Below, piece after piece: positions 54,094 through 64,000 of a stretch of DNA of 64,000 bases. How positions within the stretch are numbered: the first letter of the stretch is position 1; every line of letters begins with the position of its first letter. The translations under genes were made by a program, and so were the position numbers. The notes beneath the pieces are model-generated. The model was not told the DNA's origin, did not search any database, and worked only from the letters and a program-made list of their open reading frames with translations. The DNA is from Owenia fusiformis (taxonomy: Eukaryota), in NCBI GenBank assembly GCA_903813345.2, contig CAIIXF020000001.1, forward strand, positions 13,702,001 through 13,766,000. Reading direction: 5' to 3'.

Positions 54094-55227
54094 GATATGC
54101 AGTTTTCCAGGAATTTTGAGAACAAAAATGTGGCACCCACATGCCAAGCAGCACAAGACAATTTCAGTATAGCACTTTTCAAAGTGTGATAAAAGAACAA
54201 TGTTTCTACATATGTAAGTAAAATAAGATAAATATGAATTCAATAAAAACAATTATCATAAGGGATGTTGTAACATAAAAGAAGCAATTATTTCTTTGAA
54301 TGTGTTGTGTAACAGAACCTTCAAAGGAAACTTCATAGGAAATGTTATGCCTCGTATCAAGTGAAGTATTTATCTAGGAGACTCAGTGAAGTTCATAGCT
54401 GTTTCAATTGATGAATAGATATCTAGGAATAGAGAAGAATCAATGAGAGAATCAAAGGTGTTGGCACTGCATTCAAACATAAGAAATGAAAGGTTTGTAT
54501 TTGGTTTCAGTCCAGAATCAATGCCATATTGTTGTAGGTTTTAAAGAATTCGATACTCAATTATTTGGATATCCGCTTGCATAAAGAAGCTATTAACACA
54601 GTGACATAACAGCAATTTTTTATTGCATGCAAATCCCTGTGCTTCCTTCTAACATTCTACAGTACAATAAAATCCTGTGTATTTGAAAACCGTCCTATTT
54701 TTAGGATTGACTGAAATATATAGGATTATAGGCTATGGGCAATTGGCATTCAGTTCTGCCATGTAATTTATGTCATAACCAGAACGTACAAAATATCCCA
54801 AACAGAAAATGTTAAGCCATAAAGACCATTTAGTCCAGACATTGATAAAATAAGAGGTATTTAATAAACATTCAATACTAAAATAAACATTGAACACATG
54901 GATGCCTTGTCAAAAATAATAGTCTCTGATTTTTCTTCAGGAAACAGATTATACAAGGAAATTTAATGAGAGAAGTGTTGTTTAGTCCTATGAATAGTTC
55001 GATTCCTTCATTTAATCAAGTGGATTTTATATTGTGAAGCATGAATGGTGTCATGTCCGTGACACACACAACACACACTAGTGGGAAATTCTACATTAAG
55101 TGTGGATTAAGGTTTTCATCATCATCAGTTGTCACATTACATTAACCCACTGAATTGAAATGTTAAATGCGTTAGACATGAACAAGGGACTAAATCTGTG
55201 ATAGGAAAATGGAAAGACAAGGCATTT

Positions 55228-55930
55228 ACATGACAAAATGTCACCACCGAGTTGCTCACAATATAATTAGTTCAATCTTAAGTCAGGTTTGAATTTCTAA
55301 GATCTTGTTGATGATTTTGAAAAAAAATTGGTGAAATTTGAAGCAAGTTAAAAAAATACCTTTTTGCACTGAGAAGGTCATTGAAGGTGAAATCTCAAAT
55401 CTAAAGTCAGATTTGAACTTCTGAGAACTTATAGTTGATTTTAAAAAAATTAATCAATTTAAAAAAGGCCTTTTGACCTTGAGAAGGTCATTGAAGGTCA
55501 AATCTTTTTTGACCTTGAGAATATCATTGAAGGTCAAAATCTATAGTCAGAGTTGAAGTTTTGAGAACTTGTAGATGATTTTGAAAAAATGGTCAATTTG
55601 AACCAAGTTGAAAAAAAGACTTTTTTGACCTTGAGAAGGTTATTGAAGGTCAAATCTCAAATCTAAAGTCAGATTTGGACTTTTGATAACTTGTAGATGA
55701 TTTTGAAAAAATGGGTCAATTTGAATTGAGTTGAAAAATACATTTTTGACCTTTTTTAACCAAGGTCATTGAAGGTCAAATCATAAATAATAAAGTCAGA
55801 TTTGAACTTCTGAAAACTTGTAGATGATTTTGAAAAAAACTGAAGTCAGTCTAAACAGTATTTGTTTAAGTTATTGGAAGTTGTAAGAATTTGTTACAGA
55901 TGCCAACTGCTGATCGCCAACCGCCGAAAA
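55228..55930 (-). mobile_element. Helentron-like element carrying about 4-5 tandem units of a ~125-140-bp satellite
   Basis: The ends CATGACAAAATGTCACCACC and TTTGTTACAGATGC are reverse complements of motifs in short elements at ~33655, ~36313 and ~50900. The internal unit is GAAGGTCATTGAAGGTCAAATCT...GAGAACTTGTAGATGATTTTGAAAAAA. Confidence 0.6.
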
Positions 55931-57569
55931 ATATGTTGGAGATCTTTTATCACTAACTTGTGTTTTTGAGTTGAAATGAAAAATGAAAAACATCTGACAG
56001 ATCATAGATGAGGGACATCATCATGTCTTTTTTTACAATGGCAACTTTTGATTATTACTATGTATTTTTTTAATATTATTACTATGGGCTTTCAAGAGAC
56101 CCATGTTGTTATAACAACATATTAAATAAACAAAACAATGATTCCATAGGTAATATACCACATTCATATATGCATTTATTTACTTTATCTTAAAAAAGAA
56201 TTTCATTACATGATTATAGAAAATATATGCTATCCCATACTACACCCTAGGAACCCAAGAGAACCATCCCACATAAAACATGAAAATGCTCTATGAAATT
56301 CAGAAAATAAAAAGACTTGATTTTGAAAGTATAAAGGCCACCCTTACTCAATTGGAATTTGGCTGAATGGCCAAGAAGGCATGCCTTTCATTAGGTTCAA
56401 ACCAAAATATGATTTTTGTGAAAATATTTTCATGAAGAATTATATCAATTTCTTGTTATGGCCACAAAAAAAACATTTCACACGAGATAAATTCATGCAA
56501 AATCTTCAAAATATGTTTCATATTTTGAATCTGGAGCTCATATCTTATTCTGATTCTCTTCATTATTTTTTGCAAATTGCAAATGTTTTATACTTTAGAG
56601 GCAATTTTAGGGATTATTTTTAAATATATGAAGAGATCTTTCATAAACTAACATCTACACCCACTGAAGGGGGAGAAGAGTGGAAAATATATTACACCAT
56701 GAGATATTGAGAAGTTATTTTAATAAAGTATTTTAGTCGTAATGTAAGTTCTCCTTAGTTCTCACCCATCAACAGAGAATCTTTCCATTTTAATGTTAGC
56801 ACCATAGTCATATTACATTATCAGTATATTAGGCTATTTTATTTTGAATTACATTTACTTGAATTGCATCTTTTAAAATAACAAGAGAGAGGCATTGATT
56901 AATATATGAGTCCCAAAACTTCTGATATTTTATCTAACACTTGGTGATTAGTCATGCTTCAACTATATAAAATAGTCTCAGTAAATGTATTTCAGATCTC
57001 TTATTTACTTTGGTTGTAGAACCCAAAATGTTTATTTCAAAAAGTAGTTTATTCTGTTAAAGCAAATAATTATTTTGGCAATAAATTAGCTTTTTAACTT
57101 GGCAAATATCTGAATATTGCGAAAAAATAATGATTTTACATGTTTCATAAAATTAAGGCAATGAACAACCTTTCCCAGAATGCTTTTACAGAACAAATAT
57201 GCATATTCAAGATTTATCATTAACAAAAACATATTTCTCAACACAAGTATTAACACAGAGTGTATTATGTAAGCCCACTAATACAGTTATTCAAGATACA
57301 GAAGAGACTTTGGTTGATATATTGGAAAGATATGTTCCTTCATTACATAAGTTTAGTTGACTGATTTTTACCCTCATATCTTTATAAAAGACAAATATTG
57401 CATCAAGGTATTTGATTACTTAGTCTGAAGAATAGGATTCATCTGAACTTCCTTAATAGTATATATTTAAATACTTGCTCAAATAAATTAACACTTTTGC
57501 ATTGTCCAGATTCTGATATTTGCAGACTAGAGAAGACATGTGATAACACTCTACCTTGCCTAACACCGA

Positions 57570-57949
57570 TTAGGCTGTAACAGTGCTTTCCTTATCTGCC
57601 ACTTCTGTATCAACCTCAAAGTCATCTTTGTCTATAATTTCATACCCATTACCATTGCTATTGTCACTCCCAGATTTCTCACTTCCAGATTCGTCTTTCT
57701 CATCATCAGCCTTAACAATGTCATCTTTAATATCTTTTTCTTCAGGCTTGGATTCAGCCGTTTTATTCTTTTCTGTGTTTTTATCTGATTTCTTTGAATC
57801 TTTTTCACTGTCTCCACCTTTATACTCATATTGATAAAGGGGTACAAAAGACTCGAAAAATCCAACATCCTCTGTTAAATTTGGTAACATCCAGAAATGA
57901 TGGCCGCCAAATGTGCAAACCCAGATTAGACAAAACAGGATAAATCGAA
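57570..57949 (-). CDS. SEC62: SEC62 last coding exon (VRFILFCLIW...ESTVTA*), 380 bp
   Basis: Acceptor ctttttcag; contains FWMLPNLTEDVGFFESF and an acidic C-tail; stop TAA at 57572-57570. Confidence 0.94.
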
Positions 57950-60900
57950 CTGAAAAAGAGGAAAAGCACGTAAATAAAAGCCATATACACACATCATCTT
58001 TGATTTCTTAGTCAACATTTTGTAAAAACATCAATTTTTTAATTTAAAATAAGGAAACTGAAATTTTGTTTTTCTACAAAATACATAAAACTAAACTGAA
58101 AACATTACAATTTTAACAGTATTCAGGGAAAAGGTAACTGAATTTTATACCTTCCTGGGGGCCATTAACAGAAACTTCGTAAAGTTAAGAATTTGTAAAG
58201 CTGTGACATCATTATATCCATGGTTACAACAATTGATTTACGAATTCATAACTTTACAAAGTTTCTGTTAATGACCCCCAGATTACTAGTTTACTACTCA
58301 TAACATACCAATTCTATATAAACATTTCTACATAAGACTTGTACTTACTACAAATATAATATATTCAGTAATCAAACAAGTGACATCTATATGAACATAC
58401 AGAAGGTATACTTACCAACACACAGACCAAGTATGACTCCTACAAATCCTGCAGCAGCCAAACTCAGGTAGTAGACCCCTAATCTCACCTCTGGAGGCCA
58501 TAAGGGGAACAAGCATACTGCAATTGCTCCAAGCACTGCAAACATATTCATGTTGTAACTTATCTTTAGTATTAAAGTTAAATGATGTATTGTAAAATGC
58601 TGAAATCTGCTCATGATCAAAAATTGTGCCAATGATTCCCTTACTATCCTTATTTTATTATCTGAAAAAATTGATATATCTGATCAAGTATAAAGATTAT
58701 AGAAGATTTAAGGAGCAGAAATGCAAAAACTCATTCGAATCAAAATTTACATCCACTTTTCAAAATCCTCGTCAATTCTCTAACACTGGGGGGATCATTG
58801 CGTTGTATTCTCCCAGAATAAATCGAGATGACATCATCTACCATCGAGCATCAGTTGGTCAAGTGGTAGAGAGCAACTTCACTTATAAATGTTCATGCCC
58901 CAACACCATGTCACTAGAATCATGTTGTTATTCACTTACCAAGAAGTAGTCCTATGATAAATGTCTTCGGTGGAACAGGATCGTAAATCCAAACATAAAA
59001 CTGCAATAAAACAAACAATGATACGGTTCAAACTGTATTCTAGTCTTTGTTTTACTATTTAATTCTTATAGAACTATCATGGAATCATACTACTTTATTT
59101 ACAATTTGGTAAGTAAGACAAGAATGTGCAATATAATAGTTAACCATGGGGGATTGGACGTGGGTTACATTACAAATCGAATTAACAGAATAAGAATATA
59201 AAATGTATTTAAAATGTATTCAACCCTATAATCAATCAAATGATCAAAATGTTATACAAATGAGCTAAATCTCTCAACTGATCTTAATACTCAAGCTACC
59301 TAAATCACTAACTGATCTTGTACTCAAGCTACCTAAATCACTAACTGATCTTGTATTCAAGCTACCTAAATCACTAACTCACTTAAGACCAAAACCACAA
59401 ATGCTTAAGGCTGTGCACCTAGTTTGTACCCCAGAGCTTATAAAATAAGGTATACAGTCTCTGAGTGCTAGCCATACATCTTTAGTACGCACACAGTGTC
59501 TCCATGTCTTTACAGTTCAAAATCAAGGCTAGCACTGGTGATTTGGAAAGTAAATGCAATCAAGGTTAATCCCCTTGCATGTGCACACTGTGTGTAAATC
59601 AAAGCTATTCTCCTAGCAGGGTTTGAAAATATAATTGAAATACATAAAAATATAACTCTCCACAGTAGGGTTTGAAAATCTAAAACATCCTGTCACAACT
59701 GCAATGCATAAAATAATTTGATTTGAAACTGAAACATTTGCTATATTGAATGCAGAAACTTTCTGACAACCTTTCAATACGAACAATTCTCTCACGAGCC
59801 TAATAATTAATCCAACAGTTTACCTCTTCTCCATCTACGAATGTCTGTTCATCATGCATTGCTAATTTATACTTTTTCTCCTTCTTCTTTTTCTTATCAT
59901 CCTCCTAGAAAAAAAATGTTAAGAAATATTTAGAATCAGAAATTCAGAGCAAATTTATGTATGTATTCAGTGATTGTGTCTGTTATTCCTCCTTGTCGAA
60001 CATATTTTCTAATGGTCTGATGCGTTAAATTGTTTGCTTAAATATGGATATCAATATTTGTTACAGTATATTGCCCAAAATGCTCTTGGTGAGGATTAGA
60101 AGGCCAAATTCTTAAGATAAGATGACCAGTACAATTCCATCATAATGATAATATCATTAGGGGCTGTAGGTCCATATTAATTTGTGATATTATGTTTGAA
60201 ATGGTGAAGGTGACATTGTTTAGAAAATTCTATAGTATGATATGCTTGCAATTTTGTTTCTTCCCTATTTATCTGGTTTTAACTTTATATAGGGTAGCCA
60301 AACTCAAATTATATAGCTAGTTAAGAGCCACTGACATTGATATTGCCAATGGTGAAAAAAATATCCTAAATTCAGTTTGATGTGGCATGGCGTGTTTATA
60401 AAGAAATGTTCCTATATTATGATTTTTTTTTTGAATTTCATTGTATAAAACTCAAAACTGTAAAAAATTATTTCATACAACTGAGTGCTTAGATGCTTTA
60501 AATATTTAACCTTTTTCTCTTCTTTCTTTTCCTCAGATTTTTTCTCATCTTCTTTCTCAGTGTCGGCTTTGTCTTCTCTCTCACTCTCCTTGTCTTTATC
60601 TTCTGTCTTCTCTTTCTTCTTGCTTTTCTTCTCCTTCTTGGACTTCTGGAGAACGGGATAGAGATATCACCTCATTAATTTTTATCGTTCAAGTAGAACA
60701 TAAAATTGAGCAACTCATATCTTAATTTGATAAACGATTATTTCTTAATTCACATCATGTGTACTACATCTGCATAAGAGTATACCACCTCCTCTCACTT
60801 CAATAGATGATGAAAAAGTCAATATGATTTCTCTCACTTTTGAAAATATCTTAAAACAGCCATACCAACAAGAAAACATCTGAGCAAACTGCTCCTGTAG

Positions 60901-61848
60901 AAGATGTAATTCACAGTAGAAAATTTCATTTTGGAAACCTGTAGAAACAGCAGTTGCTTTCAAATGAAAGAGCTGGTCTACAGGAGATAGTAACATATGG
61001 AGTTTTATTCTTAAATAAGAGTGCCATACCTTTTCCTCATCAACCTCCTCCTCTCTATCACTCTCTTTAATTTTCTTTTTCTTCTTGTCCTTGTCTTTCT
61101 TCCTGTCAACCTTTGCCGCCCTGTGGAATAGACCTTTTGCCAAAAGTGAGTCTAAATAATAGACTATTGATCTTCTGTCTGTGAATAATACTTCAGTCCC
61201 TTTTCCCCCACTGGCCCACTTGGAATCCATCAACATGTCAACTGCCTTGGAAGCTAAAAAATATGAAGGATAATGCAGAGAGGGATTTATGTTTCAGTTT
61301 TTGAATACATCATTTCTCCAACACTGAAATAACTAATACATATCATCAAATCGATGTACATGTCGAAACAATTTTTTGACCTACAGCTAGTGATTTTTGG
61401 AGAAAGTAGTGGTCACTTCAAGAGTTTTCCATCCATCCATAAAATGATATTTTATCCATAAGATGATTGTAGATTTTAATGCTAAACTTCATCTGTGTTT
61501 TTGGCAGTCACTTTTAATACCAGAAATTACACACTGGAATTTCACATGATAAGATCACTGTAAATGCCTGATATGCTAATTAAAGCAATAACTGTTGCTA
61601 ACGTATGCTTATAAAAGTGTTGTTTCCAAGAAAATTCAAAAATAGCAGCAATTTTGAATTCTAGTAGGCCTACTGCGTCAAAGATCTTAAAACAAAATAA
61701 TTGTGTTTGAATGGGCAAATTATATACTGGCCTTACCAATAAAGTATTGCACTGTCATGCCAACAAGTTTTGCCTCCTTCTTGGGAAGATTAAACCGAAG
61801 GTGTTTGGCCACTGCATACTCCTCCTTGGTTGGCTTATCATCATCATT
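57570..61848 (-). CDS. SEC62: Translocation protein Sec62 (ER translocon accessory subunit), 5'-partial; complement(join 57570..57949, 58416..58535, 58940..59000, 59824..59904, 60511..60645, 61030..61253, 61737..61848)
   Basis: Seven GT-AG exons with compatible phases splice to 370 aa plus stop. The product carries Sec62 hallmarks: KPTKEEYAVAKHLRFN, YFIASKAVDMLMDSKW, KGLFHRAAKV, a Lys/Glu-rich tract, HDEQTFVDGEEFYVWIYDP, AVCLFPLWP..GVYYLS and HHFWMLPNLTEDVGFFESF. No start exon was found in 61849-64000. Confidence 0.96.
58158..58278. mobile_element. PIF/Harbinger-like foldback MITE in a SEC62 intron
   Basis: GGGGCCATTAACAGAAACTT...AAGTTTCTGTTAATGACCCC with ~45-bp arms and CTG/CAG (CWG) flanks. 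Confidence 0.7.
58416..58535 (-). CDS. SEC62: SEC62 transmembrane coding exon (VLGAIAVCLFPLWPPEVRLGVYYLSLAAAGFVGVILGLCV), 120 bp
   Basis: Acceptor tttgcag, donor G|gtaag; phase 1-1. Confidence 0.94.
58940..59000 (-). CDS. SEC62: SEC62 coding exon (FYVWIYDPVPPKTFIIGLLL), 61 bp
   Basis: Acceptor ttattgcag, donor G|gtaagt; phase 0-1. Confidence 0.93.
59276..59379. repeat. 33-bp tandem repeat x3 in a SEC62 intron
   Basis: AACTGATCTTGTACTCAAGCTACCTAAATCACT at 59276, 59310 and 59343. Confidence 0.9.
59824..59904 (-). CDS. SEC62: SEC62 coding exon (EDDKKKKKEKKYKLAMHDEQTFVDGEE), 81 bp
   Basis: Acceptor ttttttctag, donor GAG|gtaaac; phase 0-0. Confidence 0.92.
60511..60645 (-). CDS. SEC62: SEC62 Lys/Glu-rich coding exon (KSKKEKKSKK...KEEKK), 135 bp
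   Basis: Acceptor ttctccag, donor AAG|gttaaa; phase 0-0; 45 codons with no stop. Confidence 0.88.
61030..61253 (-). CDS. SEC62: SEC62 coding exon (ASKAVDMLMDSKW...EEEVDEEK), 224 bp
   Basis: Acceptor tttttag, donor AAG|gtatgg; phase 1-0; overlaps the N-terminal part of ORF 60745..61236. Confidence 0.93.
61737..61848 (-). CDS. SEC62: SEC62 coding exon (NDDDKPTKEEYAVAKHLRFNLPKKEAKLVGMTVQYFI), 112 bp
   Basis: Acceptor tttctgcag, donor G|gtaag; phase 0-1. Confidence 0.92.
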
Positions 61849-62093
61849 CTGCAGAAATACACAAGATACAAATACAGTAAAACCTTTTTCAGCGAAGACC
61901 TCTCTCTAGTGACCATCTAGTGTTTAGTGAACACAATTTCAAGACACATTTTACAATGAGAATAACATTCAGATGACAATAGATGTCTACATGCGGTGGT
62001 AAGAGTTCAATAGAATACATGTATATTGGTCAGTTTCAGTTCTGAAATTCCAGTTTGAAAAATACACAAAAATGGCGAAAAGGAAATTAAATG

Positions 62094-62309
62094 CAGTGTT
62101 CTCCCCAAAAAAAATTTTCAACTGGGTGCAAGATTTCAAGTCTAAAAAAATCAGCACTCGCTACGCTCACAATATCTCAGTGTAGGTGCTTACTTCACTC
62201 ATTCTTTAAATCAGAAGTTGAAGTGCAGATGCCAACTGGGTGCCAACTGGGTGGCCTTTTGTTTCAAGTAGGGGGAGCCCCCGGTAAAAGTGACATGGGG
62301 AGATCACTG
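62094..62309. mobile_element. MITE with CAGTG(A/T)TCTCCCCA termini and 5-bp TSD, in a SEC62 intron
   Basis: CAGTGTTCTCCCCA...TGGGGAGATCACTG flanked by AAATG/AAATG; same TIR family as 8778-8983. Confidence 0.78.
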
Positions 62310-62414
62310 AAATGTGACAATTTATTTAATTAGTCTTACCACCACACACAGACATGTATAGTCAACATCATCTGAAAGAATACACCCAAGAAGAATTGCT
62401 GTTAAAGGGATTGT

Positions 62415-63150
62415 TCCTGGTATAAAATCAACTAACACTAACACTCCAGTATGACCATGACAAACTGCAGGGCAAATACATGGCAAATGAAATTCCATCC
62501 CTCAAAATGCTATGTACTGAGTATTCATAGACGTAAATCACCCATCACACACAAGTACACTATGTTAGGGGAAGAATTAAAATCTGTGACTCACATTCCA
62601 TATCTAGGAATTGAAATAACCAACAACCTCAACTGAACCACACACATACAAACAGTAGTATCAAAATCTAACAAGGGTCTAGGCTTCCTTCCGCTCAACC
62701 TCCATCAGTGCCCAGAAAACATTAAAGCCCGGGCATACAAGTCACTAGTACAGCCAAACCTAGAATATGCTAGTGCAGCATGGGATCCTTACCACCAGAT
62801 AGATTTCAAAATCCTGGAACAGGTACAAAAGAGAGCAGCCAGATTTGTTACCAAATGTCACTCTAAGGGAACCAGACTGTGTCACCCAAGCTCTCAAAGA
62901 CATCTGCAGTGGGAATAGCTACAATCGCGAAGAGAGGCCTCCAGACTTTCCCCTTTCTATAAAGAAACTCACAACTTAGCATCCATCTCTATACCCACAT
63001 ACTTCAGCCCTCAAACAAACACAAGCACTGCCACTAGACTGTTCCATCCATCCAAATTTATCCAAGCAGCTGCCAGAACGGATGTATACAAGTTTAGCTA
63101 CTTTCTAAGGACAATAGTAAAATGGAACCCTCTGTCTAGTAATATTTTGG
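62415..63150 (+). mobile_element. 5'-truncated, inactive CR1-clade LINE fragment (C-terminal reverse-transcriptase region), antisense in a SEC62 intron
   Basis: Translates to WQMKFHPSKC..YLGIEITNNLN*TTHI..KSNKGLGFL..AYKSLVQPNLEYASAAWDPY..LEQVQKRAARFV, and later YKFSYFLRTIVKWN; has a stop and frameshifts. Confidence 0.9.
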
Positions 63151-64000
63151 ACAGTGATCAGGTGATAGCTTATACAGTTTTAAAGATCTAATAGCAAAGG
63201 TTTTGCAAAAATAAATCAATGCAGTGTAAAACAAATGTATGTATAATGAAGAAATAAATATTTAATGAAAAAAATAGATATGTGTTTGTAATATTGGTAT
63301 TAACTTAAGATTAAAAAGTGTCACTATCTCTTTCATTTTTCAACAAATATAGGCTCACCTGACATATGACGCGGGGCAGTCAATTTTGATCTATCGTAGA
63401 CCATATCAGTATCAAACTGCCGATATTTCAACCTCGTCTTGCGAGGCCATTTTTATTTGAAACATCTTGAATTTGGTGTCAAAATAAAGCTGGTCACGCC
63501 CACTTTCAGAGTTATCAATGAATCATTTACTACGACTACTATATTCATTTAGGAGGCGTGTAAAGTTAACCAATCAGAAAGACAATTGCTCCATATATGA
63601 CAGTTCATTAACATATTCAGTGTTTACTATTGTTTTTCGCGTCATGACAACACGAGTAGTAACCAATCAAAATGCCGTATTTTATCACGTGAGTTCAGAG
63701 TGACATGCACGACATGTAAGTTTAGTCTGAGCTGATCGCGATGTTGAACAATTTCTTCTCGGAATTTGTCCAGAGAAATCAGCGATTCTAAATTAAGGTA
63801 GGATCTCCCATTTCTTCCTGTACAAGTTTTAACTTATCTCTATCGAATCCTAAAGTTTTGGATGAAGATATGAAGCATACGTTTAAAAACGAAGCGATTA
63901 ATTTGACGATCTGATTTTGCAATTTGCAATGGCCAATTTACTGCAAGTCTGCGTGTATTTGACAAGAGATAGCGCCAAGTCTTGTATCCGAATGCTTGTT

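Noticed and set aside
53721-54200. Three overlapping short ORFs
   Set aside because: They arise from the foldback MITE.
57583-57868. Ser-rich + ORF and alternative-frame - ORF
   Set aside because: Shadows of the SEC62 last exon.
60745-61029. C-terminal half of the 163-aa ORF
   Set aside because: Intron read-through past the SEC62 donor at 61030/61029.
63340-64000. Possible SEC62 first exon or ER-stress element (CCAAT boxes, CACGTG)
   Set aside because: No minus-strand ATG exon with a Sec62-like basic N-terminus and donor was found. CCAAT-CACG spacing does not fit ERSE (CCAAT-N9-CCACG). May be a transposon relic.

Overview
AT-rich, intron- and repeat-dense animal genomic DNA. The repeat types suggest a marine invertebrate such as a bivalve mollusc, but that is inference. 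Two conserved genes face each other tail-to-tail. On + is a PRRT3/PRRT4-like orphan seven-transmembrane gene (CDS join 44884..46481, 51922..52033; 569 aa). On - is SEC62 (seven coding exons between 61848 and 57570; its first coding exon was not found and probably lies beyond the window). Splicing two minus-strand segments that the ORF track does not join (15681..15495 and 13991..13891) gives an in-frame 95-aa single-pass membrane microprotein that I do not recognise; this is the most novel-looking item. Most of the rest is transposon-derived. It includes a 4.5-kb Academ-like foldback relic with a scrambled transposase, many MITEs (five with unusual 5-bp target duplications, one of them Transib-like), Helentron-like elements, some carrying a ~130-bp satellite, a 2.8-kb higher-order tandem array and a CR1-type LINE fragment. 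There is no prokaryotic system, CRISPR array, rRNA or convincing tRNA. I cannot support a claim of a new multi-gene system. All family calls come from motif recall, not database searches.
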